A stretch of 64,000 nucleotides of DNA from Bryobacterales bacterium. Lineage in GTDB: Bacteria; Acidobacteriota; Terriglobia; Bryobacterales; Bryobacteraceae. Made by a program: the position numbers and the translations under genes. The notes under the pieces were generated by a model that saw only the letters and a list, made by a program, of their open reading frames with translations, searched no databases and was not told where the DNA came from. The DNA lies in the NCBI GenBank assembly GCA_026129915.1, contig JAHCHD010000002.1:5713-69712 (forward strand). The letters run 5' to 3'. Shown one piece after another: positions 19,793 through 27,939 of the stretch (the stretch's first letter is position 1; every line of letters begins with the position of its first letter).

Positions 19793-20341
19793 ATGCCACC
19801 ATCCACTTCGCAGGTAACCAGATTGCTTACGCGGGTGGTTTCGCTCACCTTCGGCGGCGGAAGCGCCATCATGGCAGCGCTTCAGCGCGAGATGGTGGAA
19901 CGGCGGCAGTGGCTGACCCACGAGCAGTTCGGAGTCTGCTATGGGGTGTCGCGCATCACGCCCGGCACGAACATCTTCGCCTTCTGCACGGGCGCCGGTT
20001 GGATATTCGGCACCTGGCGAGGAGCATTGCTGGCCCTACTGGCCGCGTCGATCCCATGCACCGGGTTAATGATGCTGGCACTGGTAAGCTACCAGGCAGC
20101 AAGTGGCAACGCGTGGTTGACGGCGGCGTTGCGCGGCGCGATGGCAGCGGCCATTGGCGTGATTCTAGCCAGCATCTGGGCCGTCCTGCGGCCCTATCTG
20201 GACGGTGTCCATCGTCATCGAAACGCCCTCCTGTTCGTTGCCAGTGGAGTAATGATGATAGGGCTTGGATTATCGCCCATCCCGATCCTGGTGATGGCGG
20301 CCACGATCGGCTTCCTGCTTCCAGGAAGGCGGCCGGCATGA
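19793..20341 (+). CDS. Chromate transporter (CHR family), short-chain N-type half
   Basis: The motif LTFGGGSAIMAALQREMVERRQWLTHEQF is a CHR signature. It is a multi-TM protein, and its stop overlaps the next start (ATGA at 20338). Confidence 0.8.
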   Translation: MPPSTSQVTRLLTRVVSLTFGGGSAIMAALQREMVERRQWLTHEQFGVCYGVSRITPGTNIFAFCTGAGWIFGTWRGALLALLAASIPCTGLMMLALVSYQAASGNAWLTAALRGAMAAAIGVILASIWAVLRPYLDGVHRHRNALLFVASGVMMIGLGLSPIPILVMAATIGFLLPGRRPA

Positions 20342-20856
20342 ATTGGCTGATGCTCTACCTGGTGCTGCTGAAGGCCACCCTCTCCACCTTCAGCGGCATG
20401 ACTTCTCTGCCCGTGCTGCGCGACGAACTGGTTGTGAAACGTCAACTGATCAGTGACGAACAGTTGAACACCGCAATCGTCGTGGGACGCAGCACTCCCG
20501 GTCCGGCGGGCCTGCACGTGGTGGGATGCGGGTATTTCGCAGCGGGCTTGCCCGGTGCACTGGCGGGCTTTCTAGCCCTGGTGACCCCGGCGTTGCTGGC
20601 GATCCCATTAATGGCCTTTCTAGGCAGGCGTCAGCAGCACGCGCGGCTGCAATCCGCGCTCAGCGCTATTGTGGTGGCCAGTGTGGGTTTAACCACTGGC
20701 ACAGCGTGGCAATTGTCGCGATCCGCACTCGATTCCCCATTCACGTGGCTGATCGCATTGGGAAGCCTCGCCACTCTGTTGGCCACCCGGTGGGACACGG
20801 TATGGGTGATGGCCGGTGCGGCGGCATTGGCACTCGCCGCCCGTACAATCTCATGA
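20338..20856 (+). CDS. Chromate transporter (CHR family), short-chain C-type half
   Basis: The start is MNWLMLYLVLLKATLSTFSGMTSLPVLRDELV... Only the part of track ORF 19909..20856 from ATG 20338 onwards looks coding. Confidence 0.8.
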   Translation: MNWLMLYLVLLKATLSTFSGMTSLPVLRDELVVKRQLISDEQLNTAIVVGRSTPGPAGLHVVGCGYFAAGLPGALAGFLALVTPALLAIPLMAFLGRRQQHARLQSALSAIVVASVGLTTGTAWQLSRSALDSPFTWLIALGSLATLLATRWDTVWVMAGAAALALAARTIS

Positions 20857-20939
20857 ATTCTGCTTGATTTCCGGCAAACCACGGCTACACTGGGACACAC
20901 GTACAGCGGCGCAGACAGCGCGGAGGCCAGCGACCCACA

Positions 20940-21449
20940 ATGAGCGGAGAACAGTTCGACTACACCAATGCCGGCGGCGGTTCGGTACCAAATCCACCGG
21001 GGCGACATGGGTGGCAATCCTCTCCTTGGCAGGCAGCACCGCCCGTACCCCCGCGCCGAAACCGAACAGCGCCCGTTGCCCTGATTGGCTGCGGCGCCGT
21101 GCTGGTGTTCTTTCTGGCGGTCTTGAGCTTCATCGGCGGAATTGGCTACCTGGTGATGACGTCCATTAAGTCGAGCGATATCTACGCGACCGCTCTGGAA
21201 AAGGCGCGCACGCACTCGCCACTGCAGGAAAGACTCGGCGAGCCCATTCAAGCGGGCTGGTATGTGATGGGAAGCTACAGCACCAACAACAGCGAGGAGA
21301 CCGCGAGCCTCACTGTTCCACTCACTGGGCCATTTGGAGGCGCCACGCTCTACGTGGAGGGACGCAAGCGAGCAGGCCTGATTGCCTACAGCGAACTGGC
21401 GGTAGTGCTGGATGACAGCGGCGAGCGCATCGAGATCCCCAAGGATTAG
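20940..21449 (+). CDS. Membrane-anchored Coa1-like (cytochrome oxidase assembly factor 1 family) protein
   Basis: One TM segment (VALIGCGAVLVFFLAVLSFIGGIGYLV) is followed by SSDIYATALEKARTHSPLQERLGEPIQAGWYVMGSY..TLYVEGRKRAG, which is typical of this family. Confidence 0.6.
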   Translation: MSGEQFDYTNAGGGSVPNPPGRHGWQSSPWQAAPPVPPRRNRTAPVALIGCGAVLVFFLAVLSFIGGIGYLVMTSIKSSDIYATALEKARTHSPLQERLGEPIQAGWYVMGSYSTNNSEETASLTVPLTGPFGGATLYVEGRKRAGLIAYSELAVVLDDSGERIEIPKD

Positions 21450-21529
21450 CGCCCCTCGCCTGAGAGCGACGGCTTCTTTGGGTGATGCACTGCCATGTTT
21501 CCAACTCGCCAGCGTGTTAGCTTGGGGGT

Positions 21530-22828
21530 ATGAAACGCAATCGGCTGGCGATCATTCTAGGACTGTTTTGTTTCGGACTGGGCCTTGTCGCCCAGGACCT
21601 CAATAGCGAGATGCCGCGTGACCGCAGGCGCGCCGTAGCAGAATTGGGCAAGCAGGGTCCATCGGCGCTGCCTCAACTGGCGCCCGTCCTGCGCGACGTG
21701 GATGTGGACGTGCGACGCGAGGCGGCGAAGGTGATATCCGAAATCGGCACGCAGGACGCGATACCGATACTGATCACTGCTACCGAGGACCGTCATCCCG
21801 ATGTGCAGATACTGGCCACCGACGGACTGGTGAACATCTATCTGCCGGGCTATTTCCAGACCGGCGTTTCCGCGATCTGGAGCAACTTCACCCGGAGCGT
21901 CAAGAGCCGCTTTGTGGAAGTCTCTGACCAGGTGATTGACCCCTATGTGCAAGTGCGCCCAGAGGTGATTGACGCCATCGGCGCGTTGGTAACGCGGGGA
22001 ATGAGTTCCGATGTCAAGGCGAATGCCGCGCGGGCTGTGGGAATTCTGCGGGGCAAGCAGGCCACGCCTCAACTATTGGAAGGCCTGAAGAACCGGGACG
22101 GCAGTGTGATCTACGAGTCACTGAACGCCCTCTCGAAGATTGGCGATCCCGAGACGGCGCCGAAAATCGCCTACCTGCTGAACGACCCAGACCGGAAGAT
22201 TCAGATCGCAGCCATTGAGGCTACAGGGATGCTGCGCAACCAGGAGGCTTCAGGCAACCTGGAAGCCCTGCTGAACCGGTCTCGCAACCGGGATGTCCAA
22301 CGTGCGGCGCTAGGGGCGATTGGAATGATTGCGTCGCCGTCGAGCCGCCCGATCTTTCTGCAGTATATCCATGACCGCGACGACGGATTGCGTGCCGGCG
22401 CGGCAGAAGGGATTGGACGTCTGGGCAGCCGCGACGACATGCCGATGATCCGTGAGAAGTTTGAAGCGGAAGCGAAGCGGTCGCCACGGCTTTCGCTAGC
22501 ATTCGCTTTGGTGAAGCTGGGCGACAACAGTACCGAGCCGCTCAGTCCGCTTACTTTACTGGTGAATGAGACCAACAAGAGCGCCTTCCGTCAGGTTTCG
22601 GCGGCTTTTCTCACGGAGCTGGCAAGAGACCCGGACGTCCGGTTGCCGCTATACCGCTTTATGGAGGCAGGTACCCGGGACGAGAAGATTGCGCTCTGCC
22701 AAGTGATGGGGCGCAGTGGGGGCGCGGATAGCGTACCCTACCTGGAGCGCCTCAGCCAGGATCGCGACGTCGAGGTGGGCAAGGAAGCCCTGCGCGCACT
22801 GCAGGTAGTGCGGGGACGCGTACGGTAG
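21530..22828 (+). CDS. HEAT-repeat (PBS-lyase-type) protein with signal peptide
   Basis: Repeated D..VR..AA.ALG.IG units run throughout the protein. Confidence 0.8.
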   Translation: MKRNRLAIILGLFCFGLGLVAQDLNSEMPRDRRRAVAELGKQGPSALPQLAPVLRDVDVDVRREAAKVISEIGTQDAIPILITATEDRHPDVQILATDGLVNIYLPGYFQTGVSAIWSNFTRSVKSRFVEVSDQVIDPYVQVRPEVIDAIGALVTRGMSSDVKANAARAVGILRGKQATPQLLEGLKNRDGSVIYESLNALSKIGDPETAPKIAYLLNDPDRKIQIAAIEATGMLRNQEASGNLEALLNRSRNRDVQRAALGAIGMIASPSSRPIFLQYIHDRDDGLRAGAAEGIGRLGSRDDMPMIREKFEAEAKRSPRLSLAFALVKLGDNSTEPLSPLTLLVNETNKSAFRQVSAAFLTELARDPDVRLPLYRFMEAGTRDEKIALCQVMGRSGGADSVPYLERLSQDRDVEVGKEALRALQVVRGRVR

Positions 22829-22876
22829 TTCCGCTCCTTTACGTAAGCAGGGCAAGCTAGAATCGAAAGGGTACCT

Positions 22877-23176
22877 ATGCAACCTCAAAAGCTGGAACTC
22901 ATCAAGCGCGAAGACTACCGAGAAGACTACGCAAATAGCGTACAGTTGCGGGCCAGCCTGTGGGACTTTTTCCTGCTGTTCGGCAAGGCCGACCAACGGT
23001 CAGCAGAGGAAGTGCAGATCGAGAACTTCCAGGGTGTCTACCTGAGCCCGCAACAGGCAAAGGCGCTGCTGAACTTGCTGCGGCAGAATGTACAGCAGTA
23101 CGAACAAGCGTTTGGAGAAATCCGGCTGGAGCCGCAGGGGGAAGCAGGACCTCTAGGGCAGCCCCCCGTTAACTAA
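22877..23176 (+). CDS. Small conserved protein, DUF3467-like
   Basis: 99 aa. The motif YANSVQLRASLWDFFLLFGK resembles that family, from memory. Confidence 0.5.
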   Translation: MQPQKLELIKREDYREDYANSVQLRASLWDFFLLFGKADQRSAEEVQIENFQGVYLSPQQAKALLNLLRQNVQQYEQAFGEIRLEPQGEAGPLGQPPVN

Positions 23177-24688
23177 ATGGCAGCCAAGGCAGGCCCGAAG
23201 GCGGACGACCGGCGCGGACGCAACTCCCGGGCTGCGCTGGTATTCTTCCTTCTGATCGCCACGGCGGTATTTGCCTCACATTACCCGCTTTGGGATATGC
23301 CCTATTTCTGGGACGAGATGGGGCAGTTCGTACCGGCGGGCCTCGACTTGCTACAGCACGGGAAGTGGATCCCTGAAAGCACCCTTCCCAATATCCACCC
23401 TCCCGGGATCCCCCTTTGGCTCGCCGCCGTATGGAGCGTCTTCGGATACTCCGTGATGGCGACACGCCTGGCTATGCTCACCCTTGCATCGGTGGCGGCG
23501 TTCCTGGCTTTCCTGCTGGCGCTGCGGCTGGCGGATGGGGTACGAGGCCTGCCCGGTTTTGCGGTGCTGCTGCTGCTTCTGCTGAACCCGCTGTTCTACA
23601 CGCAGTCCATGATGGCGCAACTGGATATGCCCGCCATGCTATTTACGCTGCTGGCTCTATTGCTGTTTGTGGAGGAGCGCATTGTGCTGGCGCTGCTGGC
23701 ATGCACGGCGTTGGTGTGGGTGAAGGAGACCGGCGTGATCCTCCCCGTGATGATGGGGCTTCTGCTCTATCGTGAAGGCAGACACAAGCAGGCCTGGCTG
23801 TTTGCCCTACCCTGCATATCGCTGCTTCCTTGGCTGGCAGCCTTGTGGCACGCCACTGGCAGTCCGTTCGGCAATCGGGAGTTCGCCGCCTATAATCTGG
23901 CCTACCCCCTCCACCCTGCCCGCTTGGGATTGGCGCTGCTGCGTAGGGTCTTTGAGCTATTTGTGAACCACGGCTACCTACTGGGAGCGCTGCCGCTGGC
24001 AGTGCTCTGGCAACGGCTGGAAATCTTCCGGCGCCGCGAGTGGCAACTCATCCTGTGGTTTGTGGCGGTACACGTTCTGGCGGTAACCGTCACCGGGGGA
24101 GCCGTGCTTGAACGATATCTGCTGCCCGTGCTGCCATTAGTGCTGATCGCCTACGCCTTTGCTTGGAGCCATTTGCAGGGGAAGCGCTGGCGCCTGGGGT
24201 TGCCCCTGGCGACGGCGATACTTTCCATCCTGGGTTTCTTCTGGAGCGCTGGTTTTCCGCAGCCGCATGAGAACGACATCAGCATGGTGCGGCTGGTGGG
24301 TCTGTTCCGCATTACCGCTTCCGATATGGAATCCCGGATGCCCAGTGCGCGAATCGCTACGGCCTGGCCCCTGAGCGACGCGCTGCGCCGCCCTGAGTTC
24401 GGTTATGTGCGCACCCCGCGACGGGTGCTTGCGATGAGAGATTTCAGCCAGCAGGAACTGGCCAAGGCGGGTGCTACCAAGCCGGATGTGCTTATCTGGT
24501 TTTCCAGGGATTCGCTGGGCAATTCCTGGCTCTTTGATCGCTTTCCCACCCTGGCCCGGGTGCGCCAAGAGATCTACGGCTGGGAAGCCGAAGATGATGC
24601 CATTGGCGTGGAGGCAGCCACAGGCCTGCGCGAAGTATCCCGCCTGAGCATCGGAGGCGAGTCGATCGCCATCTTCCGGCGCCAGTAA
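23177..24688 (+). CDS. Polytopic membrane glycosyltransferase (GT39/ArnT-like, 4-amino-arabinose/mannosyltransferase family)
   Basis: There are about 10 TM helices, an early periplasmic-loop motif YFWDEMGQF (DE-type), and a C-terminal soluble domain. Confidence 0.7.
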   Translation: MAAKAGPKADDRRGRNSRAALVFFLLIATAVFASHYPLWDMPYFWDEMGQFVPAGLDLLQHGKWIPESTLPNIHPPGIPLWLAAVWSVFGYSVMATRLAMLTLASVAAFLAFLLALRLADGVRGLPGFAVLLLLLLNPLFYTQSMMAQLDMPAMLFTLLALLLFVEERIVLALLACTALVWVKETGVILPVMMGLLLYREGRHKQAWLFALPCISLLPWLAALWHATGSPFGNREFAAYNLAYPLHPARLGLALLRRVFELFVNHGYLLGALPLAVLWQRLEIFRRREWQLILWFVAVHVLAVTVTGGAVLERYLLPVLPLVLIAYAFAWSHLQGKRWRLGLPLATAILSILGFFWSAGFPQPHENDISMVRLVGLFRITASDMESRMPSARIATAWPLSDALRRPEFGYVRTPRRVLAMRDFSQQELAKAGATKPDVLIWFSRDSLGNSWLFDRFPTLARVRQEIYGWEAEDDAIGVEAATGLREVSRLSIGGESIAIFRRQ

Positions 24689-24845
24689 GCCTGGACTCCG
24701 TGCGTACGCCCGCCCCTTCCGGGACAAGACAGTGACCGTGTAGCTCCATGAGCGATGGAAACACCGATCGTGCGGTCCCAATGATAACGAAGTTCGTCTT
24801 GTTTCCTGCATTGGTTTGCCGATGGGTGGACCTCCATTTCCGCGG

Positions 24846-25832
24846 CTATTGGTTGAGGTTTTGGGGAGAGGGATGGCGGTTTCCGGCCGCTGGCGGCGTG
24901 GGGTTTGCAGGTGTTGCCGGATTTTGCGAAACGAACTCTTCGGGGCGGAGGGTGGCTAGCATTGCCTGGCGCAAGCGGAGGTCCGCCTGGCCTCTGGCCA
25001 TGAGGTCTGCGTGACGGGCTTCGCGGCGGCGGTCGGTGGCTTCCTCCTGCTGCTGGCGGCGGAGGTCGCGCTGCTTGCGGCGCTCTTCGCGGGCCATGCG
25101 GGCTTCGTGCCACTCTTGCCTCTCGCGGTCGCGGGCGTCCTGGCGGCGGGCTTTGCAGGCGCGTTCGAATTCGGCGATCGCGCGCTGGTGACGACGCTCC
25201 CACCAGGTGCGGTAGCGCTGCAGGTTGTTCAGGCCCGGCCAGAGCGGGATGTCGAGCATGGGGCGGGGCTTCTGGTCGAGCATGGGGTCGTAGCGGCCGG
25301 GTTCGAATTTCTGGGGTTCGGCGAGTCCGCCGAGGGCTTCGCCGTAGGAGTAGGGGTATTTGGGATCGGCGAAGAAGGGGCGGGTTGCCTTTTCGATGGC
25401 CATGAGTTCGGCCTCGTCGAAGCGGCGGAAGGCCCAGCGGCATTGCGAGATGTCGTCGACGGCGAGGGTCTCGCGGGCGGACTGGGGTTCGTAGATGGCG
25501 AGGATGGAATCGCGCAGTTCGGCGTACTCGGCGGGGTCCTCGTGGGGGAGGAGGACGTGGCGCTGGATGGAGAGGCCGAGTTTGAGGGCGTTCTGTGCGG
25601 AACGGGCCTTGCCCTCGGGGGTGCGCGGTCCGGTGGGGCCGGGGGATGAGACGTTTTCCGTTGTCGGTTCGCCGTTGTCAGCGGGGAAGGGCGAGGGGTT
25701 AGGGTCTAGGGATTGGGGGTTAGCTCCAAAACACGGGTTGTCGGTTGTCGGTTGGCCGTTGTCCGATGGCTCGTCGGGGATGGTGTCGGAGTTCGTGTCG
25801 GAGTTGGTGAATCGCAACGTATCTTCGGTCAT
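24846..25832 (-). CDS. Hypothetical protein: repeat-containing acidic N-terminus, conserved core, Arg/Glu-rich coiled-coil C-terminus
   Basis: ATG 25832 has a GGGAGGA RBS. Internal repeats are SDTNSDT and DNGQPTTDN/DNGEPTTEN. The core motif is GKARSAQNALKLGL. The tail is RRKQRDLRRQQQEEATDRRREARHADL. Confidence 0.7.
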   Translation of the reverse strand: MTEDTLRFTNSDTNSDTIPDEPSDNGQPTTDNPCFGANPQSLDPNPSPFPADNGEPTTENVSSPGPTGPRTPEGKARSAQNALKLGLSIQRHVLLPHEDPAEYAELRDSILAIYEPQSARETLAVDDISQCRWAFRRFDEAELMAIEKATRPFFADPKYPYSYGEALGGLAEPQKFEPGRYDPMLDQKPRPMLDIPLWPGLNNLQRYRTWWERRHQRAIAEFERACKARRQDARDRERQEWHEARMAREERRKQRDLRRQQQEEATDRRREARHADLMARGQADLRLRQAMLATLRPEEFVSQNPATPANPTPPAAGNRHPSPQNLNQ

Positions 25833-26190
25833 GGTTATGGTCCTCCCGCGGAGAAAATTTCAGTCGCGTGAGTATAGCGGCGCGGGAGGGAGAGAGGAGG
25901 GGTGGTTTTTGCGGAAGTGTTTGATTGCAGGGGAGAAAGGAATTTTCAATCTCGCGGACTGGTGGTGGATGGGTGGGCGCGGGTGGATGTAAATTTCGCG
26001 CGGAGATTGCGGTGGCTCCGTCGGCGCTGCCGCCGAACGATGGATTGGCTGAGTACCTGGTAGGCGATGTTAGGCGGATTCGAATGTCTTGCTGGAGATA
26101 GGGTGCTCGGCGAAAGGAAGCAGCGTCGGGGGAGTTTCGAGGTTGACGTCCCTAAAACCCCCGCGAACATGGAGGTCGTTGCAGGTGCAT

Positions 26191-26338
26191 AGTTTCGAGG
26201 TTGAGTGCGAGCTTGTCGGAATGAACGCAATCAGCTACGTAGAATCAATAACTTACGGGCAGACCCAGGTCTGTAAGTTGTTGATTCTACGTTCGGGAGA
26301 TTTTCATTCCGACAAGCTCGTGCTATGTCCCCGAAACT
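26191..26338. repeat. Roughly 148-nt imperfect palindrome (MITE-like or large hairpin)
   Basis: The arm cgagcttgtcggaatgaa (26208-26225) pairs perfectly with 26303-26320. The arm acgtagaatcaataacttac (26237-26256) pairs with 26273-26292 with one mismatch. The outer agtttcgagg pairs with ccccgaaact. The apical agac..gtct forms a mini-stem. Confidence 0.7.
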
Positions 26339-26354
26339 TCCGAAGACGCGAACG

Positions 26355-26504
26355 TCAACGTTGGGCTACAAGGTAGGAACTGCCGCCCCAGACCGTAATC
26401 AGGAACGCTAAGCCGCCAAAGTACGAGACGAGACGGCGACATAACAGCCAGAGTCCTTGCGGGCCGATCCGCGGACCGCGATCCGGTTTCCAGAGCCGAC
26501 TCAT
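26355..26504 (-). CDS. Possible 49-aa single-TM micro-protein, translationally coupled to the hydrolase gene
   Basis: It is not in the ORF track because it is under 60 aa. ATG 26504 overlaps the hydrolase TGA (ATGA). The translation is MSRLWKPDRGPRIGPQGLWLLCRRLVSYFGGLAFLITVWGGSSYLVAQR. Confidence 0.3.
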   Translation of the reverse strand: MSRLWKPDRGPRIGPQGLWLLCRRLVSYFGGLAFLITVWGGSSYLVAQR

Positions 26505-27613
26505 CGCCTACCAGTCCTCAGCTGGGCATCGAAGAATTGGATAGCCAGATCGGCGGTCTTCTCGTGAACAGCGTTGCGATCCACGCCAGATTTGCCTGTA
26601 CAGAGCAAGGGAAGCGACTGACGCCCCCAAGCGGTGCAAGAGGCCAGAAATTCGTAGTGCCGTACGCCGCCGTCGAGAAGCACGAGTTTCGAAGCTGGGA
26701 TATGCGCAGCAAAATATTCTGCGCTGCTCGCAATCGGGACTAGGTCGTCATCCCTACCGGCCACGATTTGGACGGGGGTTGCAATTCTCTTCAGTCCGGC
26801 CGGCCGGAAAGCAGGCCCCAATGCCGGCGCAATGGCAAAGACGGCCCGCACTCGTGAATCGCGGTGTGACTCTTTTTCCTGGCTCAGCGAAGCGGCTATC
26901 TCCGGATCGCCCTTGGCCACTTCGTCCAGCCGATCAAAATAGTCCAGCAATTCCGGGAACTCCGGCGGGGACTTACAGATGGCGTCTGCTGTAGGCGACT
27001 TACAGAACTCCCGATATGCGGCCCGGTCGGTGATCCCTCCGGCGATTTCGATCACTGTGTAACCGCCAAGTGAAAATCCGGCAGCACCGATCGAGCTGGA
27101 ATCGAGGTGAGGGCCGAATTCCCGGTCCGCGAGCATGTTGTCAATGGTCACGCTCAGGTCTCTTGCTCGCTCCCACCAAAGTGAAAAACCTGAAGGGGTG
27201 TATGGCTCTAACGCGTTGTTGCCGGGATGATTGACCGCAGCGGCGATGTATCCGTGTGACGCCAGCTTGGTACCAAGCCATGCCAGCATAGATGCCGAGC
27301 CGCCCGTCCCGTGAGACAGTATGATGAGCGGAAACCTGCCAGGGGATGGTTTGGCATCCTGCGCGGCGGAGCCGAGGCTAAACAGAGGCGAGTTCGGAGG
27401 ACCGAGCCACTGCGGTTGCTCCGCTGACGCTGAATCGGCGGGGTACCAGACGGTCGTCAAGAGCGCATGGGTCTGCGCACCGCGCCAGCGGTAGGCCTTA
27501 TCGAGGACGAAAGCCCTCTGCGCCACTCCTACTTTGAAAAGGCCCTGGGCTGGCAACCGCCCGTTGGCGAAGAGCAGAAGCAATATTAGGCCTGCCTTGG
27601 CGATTCGCATCAT
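26501..27613 (-). CDS. Secreted alpha/beta hydrolase (dienelactone hydrolase / PAF-acetylhydrolase-like)
   Basis: The signal peptide is MMRIAKAGLILLLLFANG. It has an HGTGG oxyanion-type motif and the nucleophile elbow GFSLGG. Confidence 0.8.
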   Translation of the reverse strand: MMRIAKAGLILLLLFANGRLPAQGLFKVGVAQRAFVLDKAYRWRGAQTHALLTTVWYPADSASAEQPQWLGPPNSPLFSLGSAAQDAKPSPGRFPLIILSHGTGGSASMLAWLGTKLASHGYIAAAVNHPGNNALEPYTPSGFSLWWERARDLSVTIDNMLADREFGPHLDSSSIGAAGFSLGGYTVIEIAGGITDRAAYREFCKSPTADAICKSPPEFPELLDYFDRLDEVAKGDPEIAASLSQEKESHRDSRVRAVFAIAPALGPAFRPAGLKRIATPVQIVAGRDDDLVPIASSAEYFAAHIPASKLVLLDGGVRHYEFLASCTAWGRQSLPLLCTGKSGVDRNAVHEKTADLAIQFFDAQLRTGRR

Positions 27614-27939
27614 GGCTCCTGAATCTCTTGCATAGTGTTTCTCAGTGTAGACGAACGGATCCAGGGAAGTCTCGAACGGACCCGCTTAGCCGTATCACCC
27701 ATTGTTGACAGTTGCCGACTACCCCGGATAGATCATCCCGGACGGCAACAGCTTAGAAGTTGGGGACAGGAAGCTGTGAAAGAATCCATCCCGGCTTTGC
27801 CGTCGCACGGGTCCGGGCGTTTTCTGGGGTTGGCGGCCGCCGGTCCGGGCTGCGGTACGAATTTCGGCCGTCGGGTTCGGCGATCGGTAGTTCCTCGTTG
27901 TGATGCGCGGCAGAGGTGCCGCAGGGGCTTCGGGAAGGC

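Noticed and set aside
19909-20856. The 315-aa ORF considered as one long gene overlapping the first chromate-transporter half.
   Set aside because: The N-terminal 143 codons are Arg/Gly/His-rich shadow sequence overlapping the real CHR gene. The CHR-like sequence begins at ATG 20338, which is ATGA-coupled to the upstream stop.
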